A stretch of DNA of 64,000 nt, from positions 1 to 64,000 of the forward strand of contig JBHLNS010000006.1 in assembly GCA_048941285.1 (NCBI GenBank). Reading direction: 5' to 3'. Below are positions 9,572 to 19,901 of this stretch, one piece after another. Numbering within the stretch: the stretch's first letter is position 1; every line of letters starts with the position of its first letter. The notes under the pieces are model-generated. The model saw only the letters and a list, made by a program, of their open reading frames with translations, had not been told where the DNA came from and ran no database searches. Made by a program: the position numbers and the translations under genes. Source of the DNA: Promethearchaeota archaeon. GTDB taxonomy: Archaea; Asgardarchaeota; Lokiarchaeia; Sigyniarchaeales; SOKP01.

Positions 9572-10765
9572 CTGATAAATGTAGATCAAGAAAAATGTAC
9601 TGGATGCGGTCTTTGTGAGAAAGCTTGCCCATTTGGGGCAATAACCCTAATAAATAAAATAGCAGTAATAGGAGATGAATGCACCCTTTGTGGAGCATGT
9701 GTAGATCAATGTAATGTAGGAGCAATAACTATTCAACGGAAAAAACTTGAAGATATTGATTTATCACAGTATCAAGATGTATGGATTATTGCTGAAATAA
9801 AAGATAATAAAATAAGAAATGTTTCTTTTGAATTGTTAGGTAAAGCACAAGAACTTGCGAATGAATTAAAACAAAAAGTTTGTGTTTTATTATTAGGAAA
9901 TAATGTGAAAAGATTTACACAGGAATTTTCAAACCGAGGGGCTAATAGAATATATATTGCCGAACATGAAGCTCTAAAAGATTACTATACTGAAACATAT
10001 TCTTCTGTAGTTACAGGTATAATCTCAAAATACAAGCCGAATATTGTTTTATATCCTGCAACCATTAATGGAAGAGATTTGGCACCAAGAGTAGCTGCAA
10101 CCCTTAAATTAGGACTTACTGCAGATTGTACAGGGTTATCTATACGAGACGGTCTATTATTACAAACTAGACCTGCATTTGGTGGAAATATTATGGCTGA
10201 TATAATTTGTCCAGCAACTCGACCCCAAATGGCGACAGTTAGACCTAATGTTATGGAGATTGCACAGATGCAAGATAATACAAATGCAGAAATCATTGAA
10301 GTTCCTGTAAAAGTAGATCTTCAAAGTCTAAAAGTTAAAACAAAAGAAATTTTAAATGGAACTACTATGGAATGTGGTATTCCAGTCTGTGAGGCTGATA
10401 CTATCGTATCTGGCGGAAGAGGTGTTGGAAATAAGGATAATTTTAAATTGATTGAGGATTTAGCAAATGTGTTAAATGCTGCTGTGGGAGCAAGTAGAGC
10501 TGCTGTAGATTTAGGTTGGATTCCAAAATCACAACAAGTAGGGCAGAGTGGAAACACAGTTTCTCCCAAGATTTATATAGCATGCGGTATATCGGGCACA
10601 ATTCAACACCTAGTTGGAATGAAAAGTAGCGATATAATAATCGCAATTAATAAAGATCCTGAAGCTCCCATTTTCCAATTTGCAAATTATGGTATTGTTG
10701 GCGATCTTTGCGAAATTTTGCCTTTATTAACTAAAGCTTTCGAAAAAAAGCTAAGTGAAAATTAA
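9572..10765 (+). CDS. etfA: Electron transfer flavoprotein alpha subunit with N-terminal 2[4Fe-4S] ferredoxin domain; probable CTG start
   Basis: The track ORF starts at 9833, but the same frame extends 87 codons upstream (INVDQEKCTGCGLCEKACPFG...CTLCGACVDQC) to CTG at 9572, with in-frame TGA at 9563. Core motifs TADCT, RPAFGGN, SGGRG, QVGQSG, GISGTIQH. Confidence 0.9.
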   Translation: MINVDQEKCTGCGLCEKACPFGAITLINKIAVIGDECTLCGACVDQCNVGAITIQRKKLEDIDLSQYQDVWIIAEIKDNKIRNVSFELLGKAQELANELKQKVCVLLLGNNVKRFTQEFSNRGANRIYIAEHEALKDYYTETYSSVVTGIISKYKPNIVLYPATINGRDLAPRVAATLKLGLTADCTGLSIRDGLLLQTRPAFGGNIMADIICPATRPQMATVRPNVMEIAQMQDNTNAEIIEVPVKVDLQSLKVKTKEILNGTTMECGIPVCEADTIVSGGRGVGNKDNFKLIEDLANVLNAAVGASRAAVDLGWIPKSQQVGQSGNTVSPKIYIACGISGTIQHLVGMKSSDIIIAINKDPEAPIFQFANYGIVGDLCEILPLLTKAFEKKLSEN

Positions 10766-13293
10766 AAAAGATCGTCATCAAGATCTTCATTCCCTTCTGG
10801 GAATCTTCCAAATTCTTGCATGAATTGCTGTAAAAGCTCACTCTCTCTTTTTGTATACATGGGATCTTCATCATAATCAAAAAAACAAGCATTTGGATTT
10901 GAATTTAATTGTTCTTCCATAGTTAAACGCATATTCTGAGTACCTTGAATTAAGATTATTTCTTGATTCTCATTTAAGATTTGAATTACACCCTCAGTTT
11001 CAGGGATGCTTTGAACATTTTCCGTGTTTAAATCTAACCATTTTTGAGGTGGTAATACAACAGAGGAGATTTCAAACCTTTGATCACATCTTAAACATCG
11101 ATTCGCTTCCTCAATGGCTAATTTTGCATCAAACCCCAATTCAATTTCACTAAAACTATTTTGACGCTGTTCCAATGATAATAAAGGCATTTTTATTCGT
11201 GGTTTATCATAAAAATCTTCATCGCGTCCAAAATTAGCGGACGTAATATCTGGCTCAATAAGTACATCTTCAATCTCGCCCTTTCCTCCCAAATATTTAT
11301 CAATTGAAGAAGCTGCCCTTCGACCCATTTCGATTGCATCAACAACGGAGCTAGGACTATTTATAACTTCACCACCTGCAAATATTCCTTCTATATTTGT
11401 CTCTAATGAACCTTCTTTAACTTGAATTAATCCTGATGAGGAAACCTTAATTTTACTTTCACTTCCTAGTAAGGATAGATCAGGAATTTGCCCTATAGCT
11501 AATATTACCATTTCAGTTTCAACTGATTTTGTATTATTACTATCAAAGATTGGATTGAACGCATTACGATCATCATATACAGAATCACAATGAACTAACT
11601 CAACTTCAGATATTTCACCATTCTTATCAATAATCGCTTTTGGCCCCCAGGAACAATCAAGTATAATTCCCTCGTCTATAGCTTTTTGAATTTCCCATTC
11701 ATGAGCAGGCATTTCTTCTCTACATTCGAGACATGTTAATTGTATATCTTTAGCACCAAGTCGTTTAGCAGTTAAAGCTACATCAATTGCTACATTTCCT
11801 CCACCAATCACAATAATATTATCTGATATTTTCACATTTTCACCATTATTAACTTTTTTAAGAAATTCAAGACCCCATAGGATATTAGGGAGATTTGTTC
11901 CCTCAAGATTAAGTTTTTTAGAATTTTGAGCGCCAATAGCCAAAAAAGTTGCATTGAATCCTTGATTTTTCAAATCTTCAAGAGATAAATGTTCCCCTAC
12001 AACTTTTTCAGTTTGAACATCAATTCCTATGGTCATAATATGCTCAAGATCTTTCTGAAGAACTGATCGTGGTAATCTATATTCAGGAATTCCTTGCTTT
12101 AACATACCTCCTAAATAAGAATTAGCTTCAAATATTGTAACTGAATGACCTAATCTCTTTAAATAATATGCTGCTGTCAAACCAGAGGGGCCTGAACCTA
12201 CAACCGCCACTCTTTTCCCTGTTGAAGTTTTTATCTTTAGATTTGGCTTCCACATTTCATTATCATAATCCATTGCAAAACGTTTTAAAGCACAAATGGC
12301 AATAGGTTCATTAAGTTGAGTCCTTCGACATTCAAGTTCACAATCATGAAAGCAAATTCTTCCAAGAACCGAAGGAAGAGGAGTTTTCTCCCTGATAACT
12401 GCTGCTGCTTCAGCATATTTTTCCTCTGATATTAATCGAATATAACGTGGTACATCCATTCCTAATGGGCAAACTTTTTTACATGGTACCAGTAATTTTT
12501 CACGTTCAGCCCATAAGATGTCTTTATCTGTAAGCGCACCTGTTGGACAAACTTCAATACAAGCACCGCAGAATTTACACCCAGATTCCTTGAGAGAAGG
12601 TGCAAGGCTTCCAACAATAGTTTCTTCATTAGAAAATACAAATCCTAAAGCTTCAATTCCTCGAACATCTCGACATACTCTCACACACCTCGTACACCCT
12701 ATACATAGCTCATAATTTCGAATAAAAAGTGGTTCGTCTTCAATAATCACACGATCTTGAGGTTTATAACGAGGAGTATCTTCGCGAATACCAATATATT
12801 CCGCAACTTTTTGTAATTCACATCTTCCCAAGATTGGACAGCAACGCTCTTCAACTGGAACATTAGGCGAACATGGTTCGCGACTGCATCCCTCACGTTG
12901 AGCACACATTAAGCATGCATGAGGATGTTTTGATAGTATGTTCATCAACTTTTCACGCCGGAAGATTTGAATTTCTGGTGTATCGATTGAAATTACCATA
13001 CCATCTTCCACAATAGTACTACAGGATGTTACCAATCCTTCTTTTCCTTCTACTTTTACTACACAAAGTTGACATCCCTGATGTGCTTGAGAATTAGTAT
13101 TTTTAAATTTAGAATTCCCTTGGAAAATTTCTTCAGTTGGTTCTAAGCCGACTAGAGGTGGTAAATCAGGGTGTGCACAGATGCTAGGAATATAAATACC
13201 CGCATTTTGAGATGCTTCTAGAATAGAACTTCCTTTCTTCGCTTCAATTTTAGTTCCATTAATAGTCATTGATATAGTTTCCATGTTAAACAC
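10762..13293 (-). CDS. bzdV: BzdV-like multidomain Fe-S/flavin NAD(P)H:ferredoxin oxidoreductase
   Basis: N-terminal [2Fe-2S] (CAHP...CQLC...SC), HPHACLMC cluster, CIGCTRCVRVC and CKFCGACIEVCP, GltD-like region (PCKKVCP, GRICFHDC, GSGPSG, GGGNVAID), extra ~90-aa C-terminal domain. Co-oriented with the bzd operon. Confidence 0.75.
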   Translation of the reverse strand: MFNMETISMTINGTKIEAKKGSSILEASQNAGIYIPSICAHPDLPPLVGLEPTEEIFQGNSKFKNTNSQAHQGCQLCVVKVEGKEGLVTSCSTIVEDGMVISIDTPEIQIFRREKLMNILSKHPHACLMCAQREGCSREPCSPNVPVEERCCPILGRCELQKVAEYIGIREDTPRYKPQDRVIIEDEPLFIRNYELCIGCTRCVRVCRDVRGIEALGFVFSNEETIVGSLAPSLKESGCKFCGACIEVCPTGALTDKDILWAEREKLLVPCKKVCPLGMDVPRYIRLISEEKYAEAAAVIREKTPLPSVLGRICFHDCELECRRTQLNEPIAICALKRFAMDYDNEMWKPNLKIKTSTGKRVAVVGSGPSGLTAAYYLKRLGHSVTIFEANSYLGGMLKQGIPEYRLPRSVLQKDLEHIMTIGIDVQTEKVVGEHLSLEDLKNQGFNATFLAIGAQNSKKLNLEGTNLPNILWGLEFLKKVNNGENVKISDNIIVIGGGNVAIDVALTAKRLGAKDIQLTCLECREEMPAHEWEIQKAIDEGIILDCSWGPKAIIDKNGEISEVELVHCDSVYDDRNAFNPIFDSNNTKSVETEMVILAIGQIPDLSLLGSESKIKVSSSGLIQVKEGSLETNIEGIFAGGEVINSPSSVVDAIEMGRRAASSIDKYLGGKGEIEDVLIEPDITSANFGRDEDFYDKPRIKMPLLSLEQRQNSFSEIELGFDAKLAIEEANRCLRCDQRFEISSVVLPPQKWLDLNTENVQSIPETEGVIQILNENQEIILIQGTQNMRLTMEEQLNSNPNACFFDYDEDPMYTKRESELLQQFMQEFGRFPEGNEDLDDDLF

Positions 13294-13390
13294 TTTCTAA
13301 ATAAAATTAAACATAAAATTAATTACTTATTAATTCGAATATTGGGTCTTATATTTTCAATCTCAAAGTTTTTGTCTACCTGAAATTTTA

Positions 13391-14173
13391 TTATTCGAAT
13401 TTAACCTTAAATTCTTTTATGTTATCTGGTGGCCATGCTCGGGGTGTTTTATGGTTTTTTATATACCTATGATCACATAGAGGAGCTCCATTTGAGAGAG
13501 TTTGAGTTCGAGAGAAACCAAAACCAAATATATTTGCCTCAGAAAAATCGGATAAACAGATTAGAGGGACATATTTTTCAGCATTATACTTTTTAAAAAA
13601 TTTTTGAATCCCGCATTCATAAACATTAAAACCCCATTCGAAAGTTTCGCTATCTCCTTCTATATAATCCGCTACCCAATTCTCCGGATATTCTCTTTCA
13701 TGTGATGTTTCTGTTATAGCTTTCATATAATCCATATACTCTTTTTCAAAAGGATATTGAGACGGATCCTTCCCTGTATCTTCCATCATTTTTTTTCTAA
13801 ATTTGTTATTAATATCACTAAGATTATAGAAAAATTCCCCAATATCCCATAATGTAAACCCTTCTTTTTCTAGAATACGAATAATTGCTAGAACAGAAGC
13901 GCCTCCAATAAGGTAATTGGTAAAGAAATTTTTGTTGCCTCCAATGTACGGTATTTCAGGAATTAGATCTTCATATTCTTGTTTCATCAGATTAAAAAGT
14001 TCATTAACTTTTTCATCACTAAGCTTTTTAGTGAAAATTTGTTGTAAAATAGGTAATATTGAGTCAAAATCTTTCAGTAATTTCGCTTTTTTTTTAATAT
14101 AATACTCTTTTATAATTTTTACACTCATAATTAAATTTAACACCAAATTAATTTTAAAATGGATTAAGAGCAA
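13391..14173 (-). CDS. L-2-amino-thiazoline-4-carboxylate hydrolase family protein
   Basis: ECG..KFF...CLSDF...GFSRTQTL..GAPLCDHRY three-Cys signature. Start probably ATG at about 14128. Confidence 0.75.
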   Translation of the reverse strand: MLLIHFKINLVLNLIMSVKIIKEYYIKKKAKLLKDFDSILPILQQIFTKKLSDEKVNELFNLMKQEYEDLIPEIPYIGGNKNFFTNYLIGGASVLAIIRILEKEGFTLWDIGEFFYNLSDINNKFRKKMMEDTGKDPSQYPFEKEYMDYMKAITETSHEREYPENWVADYIEGDSETFEWGFNVYECGIQKFFKKYNAEKYVPLICLSDFSEANIFGFGFSRTQTLSNGAPLCDHRYIKNHKTPRAWPPDNIKEFKVKFE

Positions 14174-14256
14174 ATAAAATTAGAATTTCTTTTACTTTTA
14201 AAGATTATGCATAATCAATAAATAAAGTAATCTAGATTTTTTTATCTCAAAAGTCC

Positions 14257-14796
14257 TCAAGACAATTTAGCATTTAATTCCTTCCTCGTTAATTTACTCA
14301 CTTGTTCTATAGCAAAAAGCACAAAATTGCAGCACTTATTTTCCCAGGCTCTATTCTTGACATAATCTCTAATATGATATTGTAAGTCATAACCACAAAG
14401 ATCTTGACAACTTAATGATCCGAATTTTTCCTCGAATTTTTTAGCAAATCGGATTGCTTTTCCGTATACTATTGGTACATCCAAGTCTTTTGTTTTATCT
14501 TGACCTCCCATTATAATACCAATCGAAGCTATAGCACCAGATATCGCACCACAAGGTTCTTTCCAACCATTCTCAGCCTTAAATGAAGCAAATCCACTAA
14601 ATGGGATAGCTCAATTATTAAAATGAATCTTTTTTAAACTTGGAATATCCAAGGCATCTAAAATATTAGTTAAAGTAACAGCTGCGCAGCTATGACCAAT
14701 ATTTTTCCCTAAAGGGGGTAGAATTAGTTTTAAATCGTCTAATTTATTTTTAAAACGTGTACCAATATTATTATGAGAATCAATCTCAGAATTCAT
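14257..14796 (-). pseudogene. C_GCAxxG_C_C family putative redox protein interrupted by one in-frame TGA
   Basis: Track ORFs 14611-14796 and 14257-14511 are in the same frame. Read-through gives HSCAA...HFNN*AIPFSGF...EPCGAISG...SLSCQDL...KCC. Confidence 0.75.
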
Positions 14797-14853
14797 AATA
14801 ATCCTACAATAAAAGAAATTATAAAATTACTTCAAATAAAATATAATCATATC

Positions 14854-15141
14854 TTACCAAGAGTGAGATATCGCACCGGGTTCACAAGCTTTTATACAAG
14901 GTAATTCTTTTGTTGCACCACCTTTACAAGGAGCACAAGAATATTTAATTTTCTTACGATGTTCTTCTGAAACAGTTGCTATAATCTCGTCTCCCAAAGG
15001 ATCTAATTCATTTTCTGCCATTTCGAGAACACCTTCAGGACAGACTTCTACGCATTTTCCACATGAATTACACAAATCGGTATCTATTGTTATAAAAAAT
15101 TCTCCTGAACCATCTTTATATCCATAATTTGCTTTCGTCAT
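14854..15141 (-). CDS. bzdM: BzdM-type 2[4Fe-4S] ferredoxin
   Basis: ANYGYKDGSGEFFITIDTDLCNSCGKCVEVCP...KYSCAPCK...PCIKAC...ISHSW; directly downstream of bzdQ. Confidence 0.85.
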   Translation of the reverse strand: MTKANYGYKDGSGEFFITIDTDLCNSCGKCVEVCPEGVLEMAENELDPLGDEIIATVSEEHRKKIKYSCAPCKGGATKELPCIKACEPGAISHSW

Positions 15142-15177
15142 TTTTTTCCTCTTCTCTCTAATTGATTTAAAATAATA

Positions 15178-16065
15178 TTAAGCTGCTTTACGTTCTTTTT
15201 CGACAAGAGCTTTAGCAAATAAAGCAGCACCAATTGCTCCAGCAATTTGTGGATCAATATCTGGTTCAGGGGCTTTTAGTTTTAGCTCATCTTCAATTCT
15301 CTTTACAACTCCAATATTTTTAGCAATTCCCCCTGTGATCGCAAACTTTTCTTCAATCCCTAACCGTAATAATAGAGTCACCACACGATGTGCCATAGCT
15401 GAGCAATATGCTGCTAAAACTTTTTCTTTTGGCCATCCTTTTCTCAATAATCCAACTGCTTCTGATTTTGCAAATACTACACAAGTACTACTAACTGGTT
15501 CGGGTTCTTGGTCAACTTCTAAAGACATTTTTCCAACGTCATTAATATGTACTTGAAGTAAATCTGCAAATACTTCCATACCTCTTCCCGTTCCTGCTGC
15601 ACATTTATCATTCATGAGAAATGCTGTGACCTTCCCACGATTATCACATCGTATAGCTTTACAATCTTGACCCCCCATATCTAATACGGTTCTTATCTCA
15701 GGGCCATATATAAAGTTTGCGCCTCGCGCATGACATGCGATTTCGGTTATTGCTCTTTTGGCAAATGGAACATTAACACGGCCGTATCCGGTTCCAACTA
15801 CATATTGAATCTTATCTAAAGTCAAACCAGTACCCTCAAGCGCCCAATCCATAGCATTTTTAGCGCTATCTGGACTGTCTGATCCAGTTCGCATACTCGA
15901 ATAGCAGTAAATTTCTCCATCCACCATTATAACAGCCTGAGTACTAACTGATCCAACATCTACTCCTGCTGAAATAATTTCACCTTCTTCCCAATTAATG
16001 TCAGGGTTAGTATAACGAGATTCGGTCCATCTCCAATATTCTGTTCCTGATTCTGTATTTGACAT
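15178..16065 (-). CDS. bzdQ: Benzoyl-CoA reductase, bzd-type, subunit Q (ASKHA ATPase)
   Basis: N-terminal EYWRWTE extension, GVDVGSVS, TGYGR, EIACHARG, DMGGQDCK, MNDKCAAGTGR, STCVVFAKSE. Confidence 0.92.
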   Translation of the reverse strand: MSNTESGTEYWRWTESRYTNPDINWEEGEIISAGVDVGSVSTQAVIMVDGEIYCYSSMRTGSDSPDSAKNAMDWALEGTGLTLDKIQYVVGTGYGRVNVPFAKRAITEIACHARGANFIYGPEIRTVLDMGGQDCKAIRCDNRGKVTAFLMNDKCAAGTGRGMEVFADLLQVHINDVGKMSLEVDQEPEPVSSTCVVFAKSEAVGLLRKGWPKEKVLAAYCSAMAHRVVTLLLRLGIEEKFAITGGIAKNIGVVKRIEDELKLKAPEPDIDPQIAGAIGAALFAKALVEKERKAA

Positions 16066-16069
16066 ATTT

Positions 16070-16855
16070 TTAACCTCCTATTTTATCTTGTGCTACAAGA
16101 GCCGCTCCCAGTGCGCTAACATACTCTGGGGAGACACCATCTTTTGGTACTAAGAGTTCAAAACCTAAGTTCTTATTCATTGCATCTACAAAACCAATAT
16201 TATTAGCAACTCCACCTATCAATGCAACTTCTTTTTCAATACCTATTTGACGTACCATACTTGTATTTCTATCTGCAATTGCGTCATGTACTGCTCGGAT
16301 TATATCTTCCTTAGCTGTCTTTTGATGAATCAATGATACAACTTCAGATTCAGCAAAAATTGTACACTGTGCATTCATAGGAATTTGTTTTGTTGATCTT
16401 AGGGACATCTCTCCCATCGTTTCAATGTCTACTTCTAATGCTCTTGACATGGCTTCTATAAATGCACCAGCTCCAGCAGCACATTTCTCATTAATTCCAA
16501 AATCCTTAACTTTTCCATCTTCGCCAAGTTTTACCACTAATCCTTCTTCTGCCCCAATATCAATAATAGTTCGAGCTGTGGGGAAGAGAAAAAATGCTCC
16601 GCGGCCATCGCAAGTTACGGTTGTAATATTATCATCCGCAAAAGAAATTGCTTCCATTCCTGCTCCAGTCACAGTAATGTGTTTAATATCTTCACGTTTA
16701 ACTCCTGCTTTTTCAAGAGCTTTATTTAATGCCTGCTTTGCTGATTCTTCCTGGTCAAAACCACTTAATACCGAAGCGGTTGATAAAACACTTTCCTCGT
16801 TCAAAAGAACTACTTTCGTGTTTTTACTACCACAATCAATTCCAGCTGTTATCAT
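16070..16855 (-). CDS. bzdP: Benzoyl-CoA reductase, bzd-type, subunit P (ASKHA ATPase)
   Basis: ITAGIDCGS, IDIGAEEG, NEKCAAGAGAF, MNAQCTIFAESE; paired with bzdQ. Confidence 0.9.
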   Translation of the reverse strand: MITAGIDCGSKNTKVVLLNEESVLSTASVLSGFDQEESAKQALNKALEKAGVKREDIKHITVTGAGMEAISFADDNITTVTCDGRGAFFLFPTARTIIDIGAEEGLVVKLGEDGKVKDFGINEKCAAGAGAFIEAMSRALEVDIETMGEMSLRSTKQIPMNAQCTIFAESEVVSLIHQKTAKEDIIRAVHDAIADRNTSMVRQIGIEKEVALIGGVANNIGFVDAMNKNLGFELLVPKDGVSPEYVSALGAALVAQDKIGG

Positions 16856-17346
16856 ATAAAACCACTTTCTTTATTTTCATTTAAATCTTTATTATTATAG
16901 ATTCCATCATTTATTCTAATCAAATCTAATTTGTTTATTACAAAAAATACAATTAAATCAAAAATCATTAAAAATGGAATTGGAAAAACGATTGGAAATA
17001 AATTATCTCCTTGTGAATTTAGTATAAACAAGGCAGGTATAGATAGTGTTAAAGGAATTAACTCACTAATGATACCAATCAAAATAAAACGCTTTTTATT
17101 AAATTTGCCAATGATTAATAGAATAACATCAACCATAAAAATAAGTCTAAAAAAACAAAACGCTAAGAAATATTGAAATGCACTGAAAAATCTTATTGAA
17201 TACCATGCTGGACTAAGGGGTACTTCCCATATCATTGAAATGATAGAATTTGGTCCTGGTCCAAGATCAATATGGATACCAAAAGGAACGAAGAAAACTA
17301 TTATAATTGTTAAAATACCAATTATCATTGCCAAATATCTTTTCAT
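16852..17346 (-). CDS. Hypothetical 4-TM membrane protein inside the bzd operon
   Basis: Four hydrophobic segments; its stop overlaps the bzdP start (ATGA, 16852-16855). Confidence 0.7.
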   Translation of the reverse strand: MKRYLAMIIGILTIIIVFFVPFGIHIDLGPGPNSIISMIWEVPLSPAWYSIRFFSAFQYFLAFCFFRLIFMVDVILLIIGKFNKKRFILIGIISELIPLTLSIPALFILNSQGDNLFPIVFPIPFLMIFDLIVFFVINKLDLIRINDGIYNNKDLNENKESGFI

Positions 17347-17375
17347 AAAACTCTTTTTAGCTTTTTTTGTTTAAT

Positions 17376-18692
17376 TTATTGTAAATTCACTTTTTCTATT
17401 CCTAAAGATTCCATAAAAGCATCTACACGTTTCATTGTTCTTTCAAGATCGAATTCTCTCTCATCACCCATATTACCTTCAAATGGCATTGTTGGAATTC
17501 CCGCTTTTTGTATAGCCAAACGATTCTCCGCAATTCCAAGGCTTAAACCTTCGCACCCTCTATTAAAATGTAGAAAAACTCCATCTAGTTTCCATTCCTT
17601 TGCGATCCTGATCATCATTTCCGATTTAAGACTTGGATGGTAAAAGTGTTGCCATTCTGGTTTGCTTAAATTCCATTCAGCAAGTGCTCGTAATGCTTCA
17701 TCTCTGTTGGTAATTTCAATATCAGGAATAGATCTTGGCCCCCATGTTCCATCTTCTTTATCTTCCCATAAACCAATAAGACCAAATGTGTAAAGGCTTC
17801 CAACAGAAACGCAACCGTATTGTTCTAAATAACGAAATATTCTTAAAAATGCCCAAGGAGGTTGAGTATCTGTCATAATTCGACACTTCTCATTCCCTAC
17901 AGCAGCTATACCTCTTGCTACACGATCTTTTACCTCTGGATATAGCTCTTTTTCATAAAAATCTGCAGTCCATTGAGCTGATTTTCTTAAAGTTCCTAGA
18001 ACATATAACGAATACATTGATTTCTCGTCTAATGGAGCTGGGATTGCTTTATTGAGTTCACAAATAGCTGCCCAATAATGACATGATCGAAATTCATTTT
18101 TGACTGCTCTTATTAATAATTCATTATCATAGTCTCTTCCTGTTACTTTTTCTAACCACTTTATACCATCATGCATCTGTCCCACAATATAGTTGATTTT
18201 ATGTTCTGTCAGTTCTTCATATGGACCCACTGATACATCGATATCAAACATAGGAATTCCTCCTTCAAGATCACTCGCTACTTGATACCATTTAGCATGT
18301 GAACAACAAATATGATCCTGCCAAATAAAATCAGGTTTAGGGAATTCTTCTGAATATTGTGGCCATGCATACTTATTAATTAGTATCGAACCCCAATAGT
18401 TGCGCATATACGAACATAGATCTCGAGCAAATCCCCTCGCTTCAGTTGCTTCATGACACTCTAAAGCAAACTTATCATTGAATGCTACTGTTGCGCCATA
18501 AGGTTCTCCAGTTAAAGAATAAACATCATCTCCTAAGCCTGCAGGGATCGCATCAAAAGACCATGCTCCTCCTACCCACCGAAGACCTCCTTTTTCATGC
18601 GCTTCAGCAAAATCTTTATAATAATTCTCTCTAAGAATTTTAGCCTTATTCCAACATTTTAATGGTTCTGTTGGATATTTAGTTCCCATCAT
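17376..18692 (-). CDS. bzdO: Benzoyl-CoA reductase, bzd-type, subunit O
   Basis: [61 protein letters not shown]. Confidence 0.93.
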   Translation of the reverse strand: MMGTKYPTEPLKCWNKAKILRENYYKDFAEAHEKGGLRWVGGAWSFDAIPAGLGDDVYSLTGEPYGATVAFNDKFALECHEATEARGFARDLCSYMRNYWGSILINKYAWPQYSEEFPKPDFIWQDHICCSHAKWYQVASDLEGGIPMFDIDVSVGPYEELTEHKINYIVGQMHDGIKWLEKVTGRDYDNELLIRAVKNEFRSCHYWAAICELNKAIPAPLDEKSMYSLYVLGTLRKSAQWTADFYEKELYPEVKDRVARGIAAVGNEKCRIMTDTQPPWAFLRIFRYLEQYGCVSVGSLYTFGLIGLWEDKEDGTWGPRSIPDIEITNRDEALRALAEWNLSKPEWQHFYHPSLKSEMMIRIAKEWKLDGVFLHFNRGCEGLSLGIAENRLAIQKAGIPTMPFEGNMGDEREFDLERTMKRVDAFMESLGIEKVNLQ

Positions 18693-18709
18693 GATAATTC
18701 CTCCTTTTT

Positions 18710-19834
18710 TTAAAAAAGATCCTCCTCTCTTATAATTTCGAGAAACGCTTCTACTCGCGTTTTAAATTGACCAATTGGCACTGTGACATCAAATTCAAGA
18801 AATAGAGTTTGAATATTAAGATCATTTTCTAATGTCTCTTTTATTACAACGGTATCAAGTTCATGTGGGTCGCAGAATTTCATTTGCATAATAATTGCTC
18901 CTTGTACATCATATTCTTTAGCTAATTGGATTATATGATCCAGTCTTTTACGTTGAGGCCAATCTTTACTTGGACATGGTATGCGCTTAACATATCTTTC
19001 TGCTAATGAGGTAAGGGTATCTCCATTTGCATTAACAAGTGTATTAAAATATCGGGTACCAGTGCAATGATCATCAATAACAAATCTTGCACCTAAATTT
19101 TCAACCATTGCTATAAATTCAGTATCATCATCTTCAGACCCTAATATCATTAATCGTTCACCAGGATTATCTAATTTCCTTGAGGGAAGTTTCTGCAAAA
19201 GTTCTTCTAATGCTTTATTATGTTCTCGTTTATCGACCATTTGTGAAGATACCACCATGTACATTGCCTCTAGACCAGTTAATGGTGGATTTGGGTTCTT
19301 TCTCAATTCATATACTTTTTGTAACAGTTGTCTATTCTTATTCATTATTTCAATTCCCCGCTTGATATCCTCATCTGTAATTTGTTTTCCCGTCCAATCC
19401 TCAATTGCTTTTTTGAAAACTTTTAATTCCTCTGTTAAATAAGGAACAGCATGAGGACTCTGAACATTCATAGGATGTGGTAGATAATATTTAAAGTCCA
19501 CTGGGATGTGGAGATCCCAACTGGTAAAAGCCTGACGAATGTGGAGACAACTCTGAGCAATGGTAATTCCATCAAGATAGTCAAATCTCCCCTTTAATCC
19601 TTGTGCTAAGCAATCACGACAGAATGGACAAAACATAGCAAAAATATGTGGCTCTGAGACATCTTGTGGTTCATGACTCCCTAATATTCTTACTGGTAGA
19701 ATATCTGCCGCATAAAGAATTTCTTCCGGTACGTAGGTACAGAAAGTTCCTATTACTTTTCCGCCAGTTCGTTTTTTCCATTCTTTCGCATAATTATGAC
19801 GATTTTCATACCAATCTTTAAATTGTTCAAACAA
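18710..19834 (-). CDS. bzdN: Benzoyl-CoA reductase, bzd-type, subunit N
   Basis: [58 protein letters not shown]-terminal EDLF. Confidence 0.93.
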   Translation of the reverse strand: MFEQFKDWYENRHNYAKEWKKRTGGKVIGTFCTYVPEEILYAADILPVRILGSHEPQDVSEPHIFAMFCPFCRDCLAQGLKGRFDYLDGITIAQSCLHIRQAFTSWDLHIPVDFKYYLPHPMNVQSPHAVPYLTEELKVFKKAIEDWTGKQITDEDIKRGIEIMNKNRQLLQKVYELRKNPNPPLTGLEAMYMVVSSQMVDKREHNKALEELLQKLPSRKLDNPGERLMILGSEDDDTEFIAMVENLGARFVIDDHCTGTRYFNTLVNANGDTLTSLAERYVKRIPCPSKDWPQRKRLDHIIQLAKEYDVQGAIIMQMKFCDPHELDTVVIKETLENDLNIQTLFLEFDVTVPIGQFKTRVEAFLEIIREEDLF

Positions 19835-19901
19835 TCTTTATATCCCCTTGATTCATTCTAATTTGGAAAATAAAAAATAAATTAAAAATTTTATTAAACC
19901 T

